Shown one piece after another: positions 32,444 to 42,182 of a stretch of 64,000 nt of DNA; positions within the stretch are counted from its first letter, which is position 1; the number at the start of each line of letters is the position of its first letter. The stretch is from Caulobacter sp. 32-67-35 (GTDB taxonomy: Bacteria > Pseudomonadota > Alphaproteobacteria > Caulobacterales > Caulobacteraceae): positions 8,920 through 72,919 of the forward strand of contig NCEV01000023.1 of the NCBI GenBank assembly GCA_002280875.1, read 5' to 3'. A model generated the notes under the pieces. It ran no database searches, had not been told where the DNA came from, and was given only the letters and a program-made list of their open reading frames with translations. Made by a program: the position numbers and the translations under genes.

Positions 32444-33241
32444 CTAGTCCAGAAAGAACACGGGCCCCCAGGCTACCTGGTAGCGACGCTCGCCTGACAA
32501 GAGGTGCGGGCGCAACTGCCAGGCGCCGGGTCGCAGAACCGGCTGCAGGCGCCCTTGGGCATAGGTGGTGGTCAGCACGTCGCCGCCCGGTTCGGAGACC
32601 GAGAACTGGCCGATGGCCGGCGTCGCCCGGGACAGGGCGGCGGCGATCTCGTCGGCTGATCGCACCCGCAGCGGCGCCGGGCGCGCCAGCCGGGCGCTGA
32701 CCTCGGCATAGGCGCCCACCGCAATGACGCGCGGACCCTGGCGCAGAACGCCATAGCCCACATGGGTGAAGCCGCGCGCCACCAGATTGGCGCGGTGGCC
32801 GGGGCTGGTGCGCCACTGGTTCATGATCTGGTCGGGCTGAACGGCGCCGGCGGCGTTGCGGCGCATGGCGATGTTCTCGCCCGGCGCGCCGACCAGATCG
32901 CGGGCCAGCAGGCCGACGCGGCCGGCGGCGCTGAAGCCGTCCGAGGTGACATGGTCGAAAACGCCGCTGACCGCCATGTCGGCGGCATGGGCGCGGGCGG
33001 CCAGAGTGAGGCCGTGATCTGGCCGCAGCGCGGGCAGGTCCTGACGCTCGCGAATGATATTGTTGAGATCCAGCAGGGTGTCTTCGAACCCGTCGTCGAA
33101 ATCGCCGCCGGCTGCGTCGGAGAGCCCCCGGCTTAACCGGCGCTCATAGGCCTGCCAGCGCGAAACGGGCGCGGCGCTGGCCATGCCGGCGGCGAAGGCC
33201 AGCGGCGCGCTCAACAGGGTTCTTCGAAGGATTTGCGGCAT
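32444..33241 (-). CDS. CAP/SCP/PR1-like domain secreted protein
   Basis: Signal peptide, then NIIRERQDLPALRPDHGLTLAARAHAADM...WRTSPGHRANL typical of bacterial CAP domains. Confidence 0.7.
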   Translation of the reverse strand: MPQILRRTLLSAPLAFAAGMASAAPVSRWQAYERRLSRGLSDAAGGDFDDGFEDTLLDLNNIIRERQDLPALRPDHGLTLAARAHAADMAVSGVFDHVTSDGFSAAGRVGLLARDLVGAPGENIAMRRNAAGAVQPDQIMNQWRTSPGHRANLVARGFTHVGYGVLRQGPRVIAVGAYAEVSARLARPAPLRVRSADEIAAALSRATPAIGQFSVSEPGGDVLTTTYAQGRLQPVLRPGAWQLRPHLLSGERRYQVAWGPVFFLD

Positions 33242-33295
33242 CGCGGTCCTTAACAGTGATTGACAGACGCCCCTGCGACCAAGCTCTAAGACCCG

Positions 33296-33859
33296 ATGCG
33301 TCCCGTGCGTTCCATATGGCTGGCCGGCCCCGATGTCTGGCTCCCCGATTCCCAGGCCCAGGCCGCGCGGCAGCGGGCCTATTGCATCGACGCAGGGTTT
33401 ACCGGCCTGACTCCGGACCCCGTCCCTCCGGGTTCGGAACAGAGTTCCGAGCTCGAAGCCCGCGAACTCTACGCGGCCCGCATGGCGCGATTACGTCAGG
33501 CTGACGCCGGGGTGGTCAATCTGACCCCGTGGCGCGGACCGTCAGCTGATCCCGGCGCGGCCTTCGAGATCGGCGTGCTGGCCGGTCTGGGGCGGCCGAT
33601 CTTCGCCTATCTGAACGTGCCGGACGAATCCCAGGCTGAATATGTGGATCGCGTCGAATCCTTCGTCGGCGCCCAGCGTGATGAGGCGGGTATCTGGCGG
33701 GACGGCGATGGCTGCGTGGTCGAGGACTATGGCCTGCCGGAGACCGTGATGCTGTGGGCTGAGGCGCGGCGGTTGTTCGTGATCGTCACGTCGAACCCGC
33801 TGCACGATCTGACGGGGCTGGAGCTGTGTCTCGAGGCGTTGAGGCTTTACGCGGAGTAG
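33296..33859 (+). CDS. Nucleoside 2-deoxyribosyltransferase family protein
   Basis: IWLAGPDVW start and DPGAAFEIGVLAGLGRPIF catalytic-Glu motif. Confidence 0.75.
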   Translation: MRPVRSIWLAGPDVWLPDSQAQAARQRAYCIDAGFTGLTPDPVPPGSEQSSELEARELYAARMARLRQADAGVVNLTPWRGPSADPGAAFEIGVLAGLGRPIFAYLNVPDESQAEYVDRVESFVGAQRDEAGIWRDGDGCVVEDYGLPETVMLWAEARRLFVIVTSNPLHDLTGLELCLEALRLYAE

Positions 33860-33870
33860 GCGGGCAAGAT

Positions 33871-33980
33871 CCTCCCCCTGGCGGGGGAGGTGTCGCCGCA
33901 GGCGACGGAGGGGGAAGTGCTGCGAACTCGGCGCGGTCTTCCCCCACCGGCCTCCGGCCGCCTCCCCCTTCAGGGGGAGG
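33871..33980. repeat. Array of GC-rich hairpins (CCTCCCCC-N4-GGGGGAGG type)
   Basis: Perfect hairpins at 33871-33890 (loop TGGC), 33892-33906 (GTCGCC-GCA-GGCGAC) and 33961-33980 (loop TTCA). The TTCAGGG core also occurs in the arms of the 19724-19933 element. Confidence 0.5.
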
Positions 33981-33983
33981 GTT

Positions 33984-34727
33984 TCACCACCCCAGATCCG
34001 TCTCGCCCCTGAGAATCGCCTCCGCCGCCGCCGAGTGCTGACCCCCATCCCGCTCGTGCAGCACCAGAGCCGGCAGCAGCACCAGCGGCGCCTTGCCCGT
34101 CTTGATCGCCCGCACGATCACCCGCTTGGCCGGGGCGTCGGCGAAGGGCTGGACTGGCCGGATCCGGAACGACCCGGCCTTGGGCGCCAGCAGGGCCAGG
34201 ATGTCGGCCAGGCGGTCGGCGCGGTGGATGATCGTGATGGTCCCACCCTCGCGCACGGCCTTGAGCAGGAAGCCGGACCAGGCTGCCAGCCCGCCGTCGG
34301 CCATCCAGGCGCCGGTCTTGGCCGGGGCGGGGGCTCGCAACGCGCCAGGATCGTCGAAGAACGGCGGATTGCTGATCGCCGCGTCGAACACCGGCAGGTC
34401 CAGGGCGCGAAAGCCGGCCTCGATGTCGCCGGTGGTGATTTCGACGCGGTTGGCCATGTCGTTCAAGGCTGCATTGCCGCGCGCCAGCTCGGCGGCCTGC
34501 GGATCGCGTTCCACCCCGTGGAATCGGCTGTCTGGACGACGGGCCGCCGCCGACAGCAGCGCGCCGCCGACGCCGCAGCCCGCCTCGATCACCCGCTCGC
34601 CCGGCCCGGCGTCGCAGGCCGCCGCCAGCAGCGCCGCATCCATGCCGGCGCGATATCCGCCGGCCCTTTGGCGCAGTCGGACGCGGCCATTCAGCATGCG
34701 ATCTTCGGTGACCTGAGTGTCGTCCAA
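33984..34727 (-). CDS. SAM-dependent N6-adenine methyltransferase (tRNA m6A37 YfiC-like)
   Basis: Motif I VIEAGCGVGG and ISNPPFF (NPPF) motif. Confidence 0.75.
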   Translation of the reverse strand: MDDTQVTEDRMLNGRVRLRQRAGGYRAGMDAALLAAACDAGPGERVIEAGCGVGGALLSAAARRPDSRFHGVERDPQAAELARGNAALNDMANRVEITTGDIEAGFRALDLPVFDAAISNPPFFDDPGALRAPAPAKTGAWMADGGLAAWSGFLLKAVREGGTITIIHRADRLADILALLAPKAGSFRIRPVQPFADAPAKRVIVRAIKTGKAPLVLLPALVLHERDGGQHSAAAEAILRGETDLGW

Positions 34728-34835
34728 CGCATCAAGCCTTGTGCTTGCCTTGACCGTGACCTATCCCGCCACCATTGTTCCCTACAATGGCTGATCCTGC
34801 TGGGGGGCAGATAATAGCCCGATCGCTCCTGGGCA

Positions 34836-35882
34836 GTGTGCAAGGGGGCGTCGGTCAAGGAGAGTAACGTCTTGGACGCAGTTGCAGCGACCCTCGCCCG
34901 TGAGCCGGGATCGGTGGATCGACTGGTGCGTCTGGCGGCCGCCGATATGGGCGGGGTCGACCGCCTGATCACCGAACGCATGCAGAGCGACGTGCCGGTG
35001 ATCCCGGCCCTGGCCGAGCACCTGATCGCCGCCGGCGGCAAGCGCCTGCGCCCGCTGCTGACCGTGGCCGCCGCCCGCCTGGCCGGCTCGGATAACCAAG
35101 CCTGCCTGAAGCTGGCCGCCTCGGTCGAGTTCATCCATACCGCCACCCTGTTGCACGACGACGTGGTCGACGGCAGCCAGCTTCGTCGCGGCAAGGTCGC
35201 GGCGCACCTGATCTGGGGCGCGGCGCAAAGCGTTCTGGTCGGCGACTTCCTGTTCGCCCGCGCCTTCGAGCTCATGGTCGAGACCAACTCGATGAAGGCG
35301 CTGGAAATCCTGGCCCGCGCCAGCCGCGTCATCGCCGAGGGCGAGGTTCTGCAGTTGACCCGCAGCCACGACCTCAATCTCTCGCAGGCCATCTATCTCG
35401 ACATCATCGCCGCCAAGACCGCAGAACTGTTCGCCGCCGCCTCTGAAGCCGGCGCGGTGTCGGCCGGGGTCGACCAGGTGAAATCCGACGCCCTGCGCGC
35501 CTATGGCCTGAACCTGGGGCTGGCGTTCCAGCTGGCCGACGACGCCCTCGATTATGGCGGCGCGACCGAAACCCTGGGCAAGAACGCCGGCGACGACTTC
35601 CGCGAAGGCAAGGCCACCTTGCCGCTGCTGCTGGCCATCGCCCGCTCGGGCCCGCGCGAGGCCGAGTTCTGGGAGCGGGCCATCGGCCGTCGCGAACAGA
35701 CCGAACCCGACTTCCGCCGGGCGCGTGAGCTGATCATCGGCTCGGGCGCCCTGGACGCCACCCTGGATCTGGCCGGCGACTATGCCGACAAGGCCAAGGC
35801 GGCCCTGGCGATGTTCCCGGCCAATGACTGGCGCGTGGCGCTGGAAAGTCTGGCTGACTTCGCGGTCAGCCGGAGAGCCTGA
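34836..35882 (+). CDS. Polyprenyl (octaprenyl-type) diphosphate synthase
   Basis: LLHDDVVD and FQLADDALD aspartate-rich motifs. The true start may be the TTG at 34872, preceded by AAGGAG. Confidence 0.85.
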   Translation: MCKGASVKESNVLDAVAATLAREPGSVDRLVRLAAADMGGVDRLITERMQSDVPVIPALAEHLIAAGGKRLRPLLTVAAARLAGSDNQACLKLAASVEFIHTATLLHDDVVDGSQLRRGKVAAHLIWGAAQSVLVGDFLFARAFELMVETNSMKALEILARASRVIAEGEVLQLTRSHDLNLSQAIYLDIIAAKTAELFAAASEAGAVSAGVDQVKSDALRAYGLNLGLAFQLADDALDYGGATETLGKNAGDDFREGKATLPLLLAIARSGPREAEFWERAIGRREQTEPDFRRARELIIGSGALDATLDLAGDYADKAKAALAMFPANDWRVALESLADFAVSRRA

Positions 35883-36475
35883 TGGCGCGGCGGCAAAAGC
35901 CCGAGCTCTTGGGGCTTCCAAAAGCCAGGCCCGGCGAGCGCCTCCCGCAACTGCAGACCATCATCGCGACCTCGCCGGAAAACCCCAGCGGTGATCCCAA
36001 TGTCCGTGCCCAGGCGGCGGGCGAGGCGGCGGGCAAGGTGATCGGCGGCGGCGTCGGCGTTCTGGTTGGCGTCCTCCTGATTGTGCTGATGCTTGGCCCC
36101 GTGCTTTGGGCGCCCGGCTGGGCCGGTCTGCGGGCCGCCCGCCTTGTCCCCGGTCCCTGGTGGCCGTGGATCGTGGGTCTGGCCGTGGGTCTGATCGCGG
36201 CCCTTATCCAGACCTGGCTGCTGGTGCAGCGCAGCCCGGTTCTGCGTTACCCGATCGTGGCCCTGTTTTCCGTCGCCTGGGTTGGCGGGCTGTGGCTGGA
36301 ACAGACCTCGCCGCGCCATGACTGGGTGACGACCGCCCCGACCCTGCACATGCCCGGCCCCTGGGCCTGGGCCCTGATCGTGGTGGGCACGGTGATCTAT
36401 GCCGGCATCTATCTGCTGGCCCTGGGCCGGATCACCAAGGGCCGTTGGGCCCGGCGCTGGCAGCTGATCAAATAG
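35882..36475 (+). CDS. Hypothetical polytopic membrane protein
   Basis: ATG overlaps the upstream stop by 1 nt (TGATG). Four or five hydrophobic helices. Confidence 0.5.
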   Translation: MARRQKPELLGLPKARPGERLPQLQTIIATSPENPSGDPNVRAQAAGEAAGKVIGGGVGVLVGVLLIVLMLGPVLWAPGWAGLRAARLVPGPWWPWIVGLAVGLIAALIQTWLLVQRSPVLRYPIVALFSVAWVGGLWLEQTSPRHDWVTTAPTLHMPGPWAWALIVVGTVIYAGIYLLALGRITKGRWARRWQLIK

Positions 36476-36478
36476 GGC

Positions 36479-37330
36479 TCAGGCCTTGGCCGTCAGGCAC
36501 AGGTCCAGGTGCGTGCCCTTGTCGTCCTCGACATGCCGGGTCCAGGCCGCGTCGATCTGGGCGATGACCTGGGCGGGGGTGTCGCCGGCGACCCGCTCGC
36601 GCTTCTTCTTGCGGTGCAGGATTTCCACGCCATAGCCGAGGTCGAGGAAGAAGGTCAGCAGGGCCGATCCGTCCGCGCCGGAAATTTCGCTCTGGAAGCG
36701 CGGCGAATACTCCAGGAAGGTGATCGGCTTCTGTTCGGCCATCAGGGCCCTGGCGCCCATGAAGGCGCGGTACTCCATGCCCTCGATGTCGATCTTCAGC
36801 ACGTCGACCTTGCCAAAATCGGCGCGCAGCAGGTCCAGCGGCACGACAGGGGCGATGTCGAAGGCGTCCAGGTCGGCGGGGATGCCGTCGGTGGGCGGCT
36901 CCATCTGGAAGTTGTTGTGCACGGTCTGGCGGCGCAGATATTCGGTGCCCAGGCGGTCGGACACGCCCACCAGCAATAGCTGCATGTTGGCGACGCCGCT
37001 GGCCTTGGCGCTTTCCAGCAGCACCCGGCCGTTACCGGCGCTCATCTCGATGGCGATGACCTTGCCGGTGGAGCCGACCTTCCTGGCGGCCGGCAGGGCG
37101 AAGGCGCCCCAGCTGGCCCCGACGTCCAGCACGGTCATGCCGGGTTTCAGGATCTGCAGGAAGTAGTCGAGCACCCAGGGCTCGTAGTCCTTGCCGTCAT
37201 CCAGCTGGCGGGTGATCACCCAGTGCTCGGGCATCCAGAACGTGCAGCCGCGGAACTTCACTTCCATCAGGGTCGGGGCCACGCCGGTCGGCAGTTCGAT
37301 CGGTCGACGCTTCTTGCGGAACAGGCCCAT
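36479..37330 (-). CDS. FkbM family methyltransferase
   Basis: VLDVGASWGAF motif I and ...LKIDIEGMEYRA... typical of FkbM. Confidence 0.75.
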   Translation of the reverse strand: MGLFRKKRRPIELPTGVAPTLMEVKFRGCTFWMPEHWVITRQLDDGKDYEPWVLDYFLQILKPGMTVLDVGASWGAFALPAARKVGSTGKVIAIEMSAGNGRVLLESAKASGVANMQLLLVGVSDRLGTEYLRRQTVHNNFQMEPPTDGIPADLDAFDIAPVVPLDLLRADFGKVDVLKIDIEGMEYRAFMGARALMAEQKPITFLEYSPRFQSEISGADGSALLTFFLDLGYGVEILHRKKKRERVAGDTPAQVIAQIDAAWTRHVEDDKGTHLDLCLTAKA

Positions 37331-37526
37331 GATCGTCCTCGTCGGCGACGCGGATTTGCCCCGGCGTCCTGTGCTTGCAGGTAACTAGCCGATTTTGGCC
37401 GGCGCGCCATACTCCCCAGGGTTGGGGGAGGCGGTGAATTCGCCGTAACCCGCCCGCAGGGTTCTCGACAAGTCGGCCGACACGCGCCACCTCTAGGATC
37501 TTGGTCAAGGGCTGGGAGCCGCCATC

Positions 37527-37931
37527 GTGATCCGACTGATCCTCAACATCCTGTGGTTCATCATGGGCGGCTGGCTTTCGGGCCTGCTGTGGCTGCTCGG
37601 CGGCTTCCTGCTGGCCATCACCATCGTCGGCCTGCCCTATACGGGCGCGGCCTGGCGCATCGCCGGTTTCGCCTTCTGGCCATTCGGCAAGGAGATCGTC
37701 AGTCGCGAGCTCGTGGCGGGCAAGGGCGACCTGGGCACCGGTCCGCTGGGCTTTGTGCTCAACGTCATCTGGTTCATCTTCGCCGGCTGGTACATCGCGC
37801 TGAGCCATCTGGTCATCGCGTTTGCCGAGGCGATCACCATCATCGGCATTCCCTTCGCCATCAAGGACTTCCAGTTGGCCCTGATCGCCCTGGCCCCGAT
37901 CGGCCGCGAGGTGGTGGAGGTTCGCCGCTAG
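37527..37931 (+). CDS. yccF: YccF family inner-membrane protein
   Basis: Duplicated LNILWFIMGGW / LNVIWFIFAGW ... GLPY / GIPF repeats characteristic of YccF. Confidence 0.8.
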   Translation: MIRLILNILWFIMGGWLSGLLWLLGGFLLAITIVGLPYTGAAWRIAGFAFWPFGKEIVSRELVAGKGDLGTGPLGFVLNVIWFIFAGWYIALSHLVIAFAEAITIIGIPFAIKDFQLALIALAPIGREVVEVRR

Positions 37932-37934
37932 ACG

Positions 37935-38243
37935 TCAGAAACCGGTGAACAGGCGGTCGAGGGCGCGGCGGATGTCGTCTTCCTGAGCGAGCAGCGAGCC
38001 TTTGCGGTTGCGAAGCGCTGTAGCCCGAATCCCGGCGACGCCCGATACGCTAACGAGCAGCGTTTCTCCTTCGATTACCACCGGCACTTCCAAGCCCGGT
38101 ATCCCGGCGCTGGCGCCGCGCCTGACCGGTGCGACAACGGCTTCGATCAGATCGCCCAGCAGATGTGAGGACAACACAACGACGAACGGCGCGCCTGCTC
38201 GCATGGGCGTTGCCGGATTTTCGCAGAGATCGAACTGCCGCAC
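37935..38243 (-). CDS. ccdB: CcdB family toxin
   Basis: 102 aa. (M)RQFDLCENP...PFVVVLSSHLL...RALDRLFTGF aligns by eye with F-plasmid CcdB. GTG start directly after the ccdA stop. Confidence 0.75.
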   Translation of the reverse strand: MRQFDLCENPATPMRAGAPFVVVLSSHLLGDLIEAVVAPVRRGASAGIPGLEVPVVIEGETLLVSVSGVAGIRATALRNRKGSLLAQEDDIRRALDRLFTGF

Positions 38244-38504
38244 TCACCAGGTCCGCAAATGGTCCGACAGGAGCCCGTGCTCTTCTACGAAACGGTTGTG
38301 CTCGGCGATCGCTTCAGCGTTCTCCGCCGCCCACCGCCGAGCCCGTTCCTCCGCGCCGGCGGGATCGACCTTTTGCAGATGCAGGCGAAGCTGGGTTTCG
38401 CTGAGTCCCGCCACGGAAATCCCTAGCCGTCGGGCCTGAGCCAACAGTTCCGGATCAATGCCGAGGTCTAGTTCGGGGGCGTCCATAGGGCGGGAGATTA
38501 TCAT
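38244..38504 (-). CDS. ccdA: CcdA family antitoxin
   Basis: C-terminal RRWAAENAEAIAEHNRFVEEHGLLSDHLRTW matches the CcdA pattern (RW..EN....G.f.d..R.W). ATG at 38504 overlaps the ATPase stop; an alternative ATG lies at 38486. Confidence 0.75.
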   Translation of the reverse strand: MIISRPMDAPELDLGIDPELLAQARRLGISVAGLSETQLRLHLQKVDPAGAEERARRWAAENAEAIAEHNRFVEEHGLLSDHLRTW

Positions 38505-39244
38505 TCCTCGTCATCCTCCGACAGCAGCACGTCCAGGAAGGTCTGGCGGCGGTTGAGGAAGCTGCGCGTCACCGTCACGTGGTCGAGGTCTTCGTACTCC
38601 ACACGCTCCAGCCCGCGTTCGGAGGTCTCGTAGATCCAGGCGTCGGGATAGCCCAGGATGATCGGCGAATGGGTGGCGATGATCAGCTGCGAGCGGGCCA
38701 GCACCAGCTGATGCAGCTTGGCCAGGAACGACAACTGCCGGCTGGGCGACAGGGCGGCTTCGGGTTCGTCGAGGATGTAGAGGCCATCGCCGCGAAAACG
38801 GTTCTCGAACAGGGCGAAGAAGGCCTCGCCATGCGACTGCTCGTGCAGGGGGCGAGCGCCATAGGCGCTGGCGATGAAGGATCCGCCCGGGCCGGGCTCC
38901 CGGTCGAGCGCTTCAATCTCGGTCTGGACGTTGAAGAAACTCTCGGCGCGCAGGAAGTAGCCGTCGTGCGGACGGATGATCGATCGTACGGGGCGGATGT
39001 AGCTGTGAAGCTCGGAATGCGACGCGCGGCTGCTGAAATTGAAATTCCGCGACCCGCCCTCGGCATTGAAGCCCCAGGCCACCGCAAGCGACTCGATCAG
39101 GGTCGATTTGCCCGAACCGTTCTCGCCGACCAGGAAGGTGACGCGCGGATGAAAGGCGATGCTTTCCAGCCCGCGCAACACCGGCAGGTTGAAGGGATAG
39201 GCTTCCGGATCCCAACCCTCACGGCGCTGGATCAGGGCTTCCAC
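38501..39244 (-). CDS. Small ABC-type (COG3910-like) AAA ATPase
   Basis: Walker A GENGSGKST, HEQSHGEAF, Walker B LYILDEPEAALS, H-loop IATHSP. GTG start. Confidence 0.75.
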   Translation of the reverse strand: MEALIQRREGWDPEAYPFNLPVLRGLESIAFHPRVTFLVGENGSGKSTLIESLAVAWGFNAEGGSRNFNFSSRASHSELHSYIRPVRSIIRPHDGYFLRAESFFNVQTEIEALDREPGPGGSFIASAYGARPLHEQSHGEAFFALFENRFRGDGLYILDEPEAALSPSRQLSFLAKLHQLVLARSQLIIATHSPIILGYPDAWIYETSERGLERVEYEDLDHVTVTRSFLNRRQTFLDVLLSEDDEE

Positions 39245-39313
39245 CGGGGGCTTCGGCGACGACAGCGCGGAGGCCTCCGGTGGATTGTCAGATCAACTGT
39301 GTGGTCGAAGGCG

Positions 39314-40705
39314 TCAGCCCGGCGAGATCATCTTCTCCGGACGCACGTACTCGTCGAATTCCTCGTTCGTCAGATAGCCGCCGCCGACGGCTTCCTCGCG
39401 CAGGGTGGTGCCGTTCTTGTGCGCGGTCTTGGCGATCTTGGCGCAGGCGTCGTAGCCCAGCTTACCGTTCAGGGCCGTGACCAGCATCAGGCTGTTCTCG
39501 ACGCCCTTCCTGATGTTGTCGACGCGGGGCTCGATGCCGACGACGCAGTTGTCGGTGAAGCTGATCGCGGCGTCGGCCACCAGGCGCACCGACTGCAGGA
39601 AGTTGTAGGCCATCACCGGGTTGAAGACGTTCAGCTCGAAATGGCCCTGGCTGCCAGCGAAGGTCAGGGTGGAGTGGTTGCCAAACACCTGGGCGCAGAC
39701 CTGGGTCAGGGCTTCGGACTGGGTCGGATTGACCTTGCCCGGCATGATCGACGAGCCGGGCTCGTTCTCCGGCAGGGCCAGTTCGCCCAGGCCGGCGCGG
39801 GGGCCGCTGCCCAGGAAGCGGATGTCGTTGGCGATCTTGAACAGCGACGCGGCCACCGTGTTGATGGCGCCGTGGGTGAAGACCATGGCGTCGTGAGCGG
39901 CCAGGGCCTCGAACTTGTTGGGGGCGGTAGTGAAGGGCAGGCCGGTCACGCCGGCGATCTTCTCGGCGACCAGTTCGGCAAAGCCGACCGGAGCGTTCAG
40001 GCCGGTGCCGACGGCCGTGCCGCCCTGGGCCAGCTGCATCAGCATCGGCAGGGTCATCTCGATGCGGGCGATGCCGTTCTCGATCTGCTGGGCGTAGCCG
40101 CCGAACTCCTGGCCAAGCGTCAGGGGCGTGGCGTCCTGGGTGTGGGTGCGGCCGATCTTGATGATGTCCTTCCACGCGGCGGCCTTGGCGGCCAGGGCCT
40201 TGTGGAGGTGCTTCAGAGCAGGGATCAGGTCGTGGACCACCTGCTCGGCGCAGGCGATGTGCATGGCCGTCGGGAAGGTGTCGTTCGACGACTGGCTCAT
40301 ATTGACGTGGTCATTGGGGTGGACGGGCTTCTTGCTGCCCATCTCGCCGCCCAGCATCTCGATGGCGCGGTTGGAGATCACCTCATTGGCGTTCATGTTC
40401 GACTGGGTGCCGGAACCCGTCTGCCAGACCACCAGCGGGAAGTGGTCGTTCAGCTTGCCGTCGATCACTTCATTGGCGGCGGCGACGATGGTCTCGGCGA
40501 TCTTCGGATCCAGCTTGCCCAGCGCCAGATTGGCCTCGGCGGCGGCGCGCTTGACGATACCCAGGGCCCGCACCACCGGCAGGGGCTGCTTTTCCCAGCC
40601 GATCTTGAAGTTGCCCAGGCTGCGCTGGGCTTGCGCGCCCCAGTAGCGGTCGGCGGCGACTTCGATGGGGCCGAAGGTGTCGGTTTCGATGCGCGTGGCG
40701 GTCAT
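39314..40705 (-). CDS. fumC: Class II fumarate hydratase
   Basis: 463 aa, [16 protein letters not shown]..., signature [16 protein letters not shown]. Confidence 0.95.
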   Translation of the reverse strand: MTATRIETDTFGPIEVAADRYWGAQAQRSLGNFKIGWEKQPLPVVRALGIVKRAAAEANLALGKLDPKIAETIVAAANEVIDGKLNDHFPLVVWQTGSGTQSNMNANEVISNRAIEMLGGEMGSKKPVHPNDHVNMSQSSNDTFPTAMHIACAEQVVHDLIPALKHLHKALAAKAAAWKDIIKIGRTHTQDATPLTLGQEFGGYAQQIENGIARIEMTLPMLMQLAQGGTAVGTGLNAPVGFAELVAEKIAGVTGLPFTTAPNKFEALAAHDAMVFTHGAINTVAASLFKIANDIRFLGSGPRAGLGELALPENEPGSSIMPGKVNPTQSEALTQVCAQVFGNHSTLTFAGSQGHFELNVFNPVMAYNFLQSVRLVADAAISFTDNCVVGIEPRVDNIRKGVENSLMLVTALNGKLGYDACAKIAKTAHKNGTTLREEAVGGGYLTNEEFDEYVRPEKMISPG

Positions 40706-40831
40706 GCGGCGGGTCTCCGGAAAAACGGTCGAGCGCGGTCTAGACCCAAGGCGAGCCCAGGGCAACGTTCGCGGTTGCGATATGGCGCGCCGGGCCTTAC
40801 GGCTCGCCGATCCGGCTGGTTGGAGACACCC

Positions 40832-41371
40832 ATGAGCCCGTACATCGCCCTCTTGCGCGCCGTTAATGTCGGCGGCCGCAAGGTCCTGAAGAACGACCTT
40901 CTGGGCCTGGCCACGGACCTGGGATTCGCCGAGGCCAAGACCCTGCTGGCCAGCGGGAATCTGGTGCTCTGGGGCGAGGCCGAAGGCGGCGAGGCGTTGG
41001 AGAAGCGGCTTGAGGACGGGCTCGAAAAGCGCATGGGTCTGCGGACCGACTTCATGGTGCGCTCGCCCGCAGAGCTGAAGGCGATCATCGCCGCCAACCC
41101 CTATCCGGGGGCGGCGGCGGACCATCCCAGCCACCTGATCGTGAACTTCCTCAAGGCGCCGATCCCTGCCGAGGACGTGACAATCCTGCGCGCGGCGATC
41201 ACCGGTCCTGAAACCTTCGAGGCGCGAGGCCGCGAGCTGTATGTCGATTTCCCCATCAGCATCGCTGACTCGGTGCTGGATCGCGACTGGAAGAAGACCA
41301 GGCGCTCGCCGATTGGGACCACACGCAACTGGAACACCGTGCTGAAGCTGGCCCAGATGGTGGAGGCATGA
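40832..41371 (+). CDS. DUF1697 family protein
   Basis: [23 protein letters not shown]... is the typical DUF1697 N-terminus. Confidence 0.75.
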   Translation: MSPYIALLRAVNVGGRKVLKNDLLGLATDLGFAEAKTLLASGNLVLWGEAEGGEALEKRLEDGLEKRMGLRTDFMVRSPAELKAIIAANPYPGAAADHPSHLIVNFLKAPIPAEDVTILRAAITGPETFEARGRELYVDFPISIADSVLDRDWKKTRRSPIGTTRNWNTVLKLAQMVEA

Positions 41372-41769
41372 CCCTCGATTTGGACGGTGCCGACTGGACC
41401 CACCAGGGCAAGGTGCGCGCCCGCGAGGTCGCGGGCGAGCTGACCCTGGTGGTCGATGGCCTCACTACTCAGGGCAAGTATTACAAGCCCCTGATCTATG
41501 AGTTCTTCCGCAAGGTCTGGCGCGGCGCGCGGCCGGCCTGGGGCGAGTTCGAGGTCGACATCTTCATGGAATATGTCGGCGAGCCGCCATGGATGGATCT
41601 GGATAACCTGGCCAAGGCGCTGCTGGACTCGATCAAGGGCTATGCCTTCCACGACGACGCCCAGGTCGGCCGGCTGCTGGTGGAGCGCCGGCCGGGGGAT
41701 CGCGAGCGGATTATCATCCTCGTGCGCAAGCGGGCGTCAGGCCTTTTGCGGCGCACGCTCGAAGGCTGA
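41368..41769 (+). CDS. rusA: RusA family crossover-junction endodeoxyribonuclease
   Basis: [24 protein letters not shown] matches E. coli RusA [25 protein letters not shown], including the catalytic Asp residues. ATGA overlap with the upstream gene and GGAGG RBS. Confidence 0.75.
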   Translation: MTLDLDGADWTHQGKVRAREVAGELTLVVDGLTTQGKYYKPLIYEFFRKVWRGARPAWGEFEVDIFMEYVGEPPWMDLDNLAKALLDSIKGYAFHDDAQVGRLLVERRPGDRERIIILVRKRASGLLRRTLEG

Positions 41770-42123
41770 CGCGGCCAGGGCGGTGAACAGCACCATCAGG
41801 AAGGCGCCATAGCGGCCCAGGCTGACCGGATCGGACGCGGGCATCAGCGTCTCGAACTGGCCGATCACCACCGCGCTGGCCATCAGGCCCGGCGCGGCGA
41901 AGGTCAGCATCGGCAGCATGCGCTTGCCCCGCTTGATGTGACGCAGACGCGCCGCAGCGTGGAACACGAAGGTTACGAACGCCGCCGCCGCGAAGGCGTT
42001 GAACGCGTAAAACCAGAAGGCGCGCTCCAGCACGCCGTCTCCGAACGCGGCGTAGAACGCCGTTGCCGCCAGCCAGGCCCCCAGACCCGCGCCGCCAAAC
42101 ACCAAAACGTCCTGCTTTGACAC
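41737..42123 (-). CDS. Hypothetical membrane protein
   Basis: GTG start at 42123 preceded by GGAGGGG. Four hydrophobic helices. The 3-prime end overlaps rusA convergently by 33 nt. Confidence 0.5.
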   Translation of the reverse strand: MSKQDVLVFGGAGLGAWLAATAFYAAFGDGVLERAFWFYAFNAFAAAAFVTFVFHAAARLRHIKRGKRMLPMLTFAAPGLMASAVVIGQFETLMPASDPVSLGRYGAFLMVLFTALAASAFERAPQKA

Positions 42124-42182
42124 GTCATCCCCTCCCAAGGACTTCCTATGGGAGAACAGTGCAATTTCAGCGCCGGGCGACT

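Noticed and set aside
34782-35921. 379-aa ORF antisense to the polyprenyl synthase gene
   Set aside because: High-GC antisense artefact. The DDxxD motifs are on the other strand.
38579-40831. The first ~750 codons of the 930-aa ORF 38579..41371
   Set aside because: They are antisense to the ATPase gene and fumC. Only the last 179 codons (from the ATG at 40832, DUF1697) look genuine.
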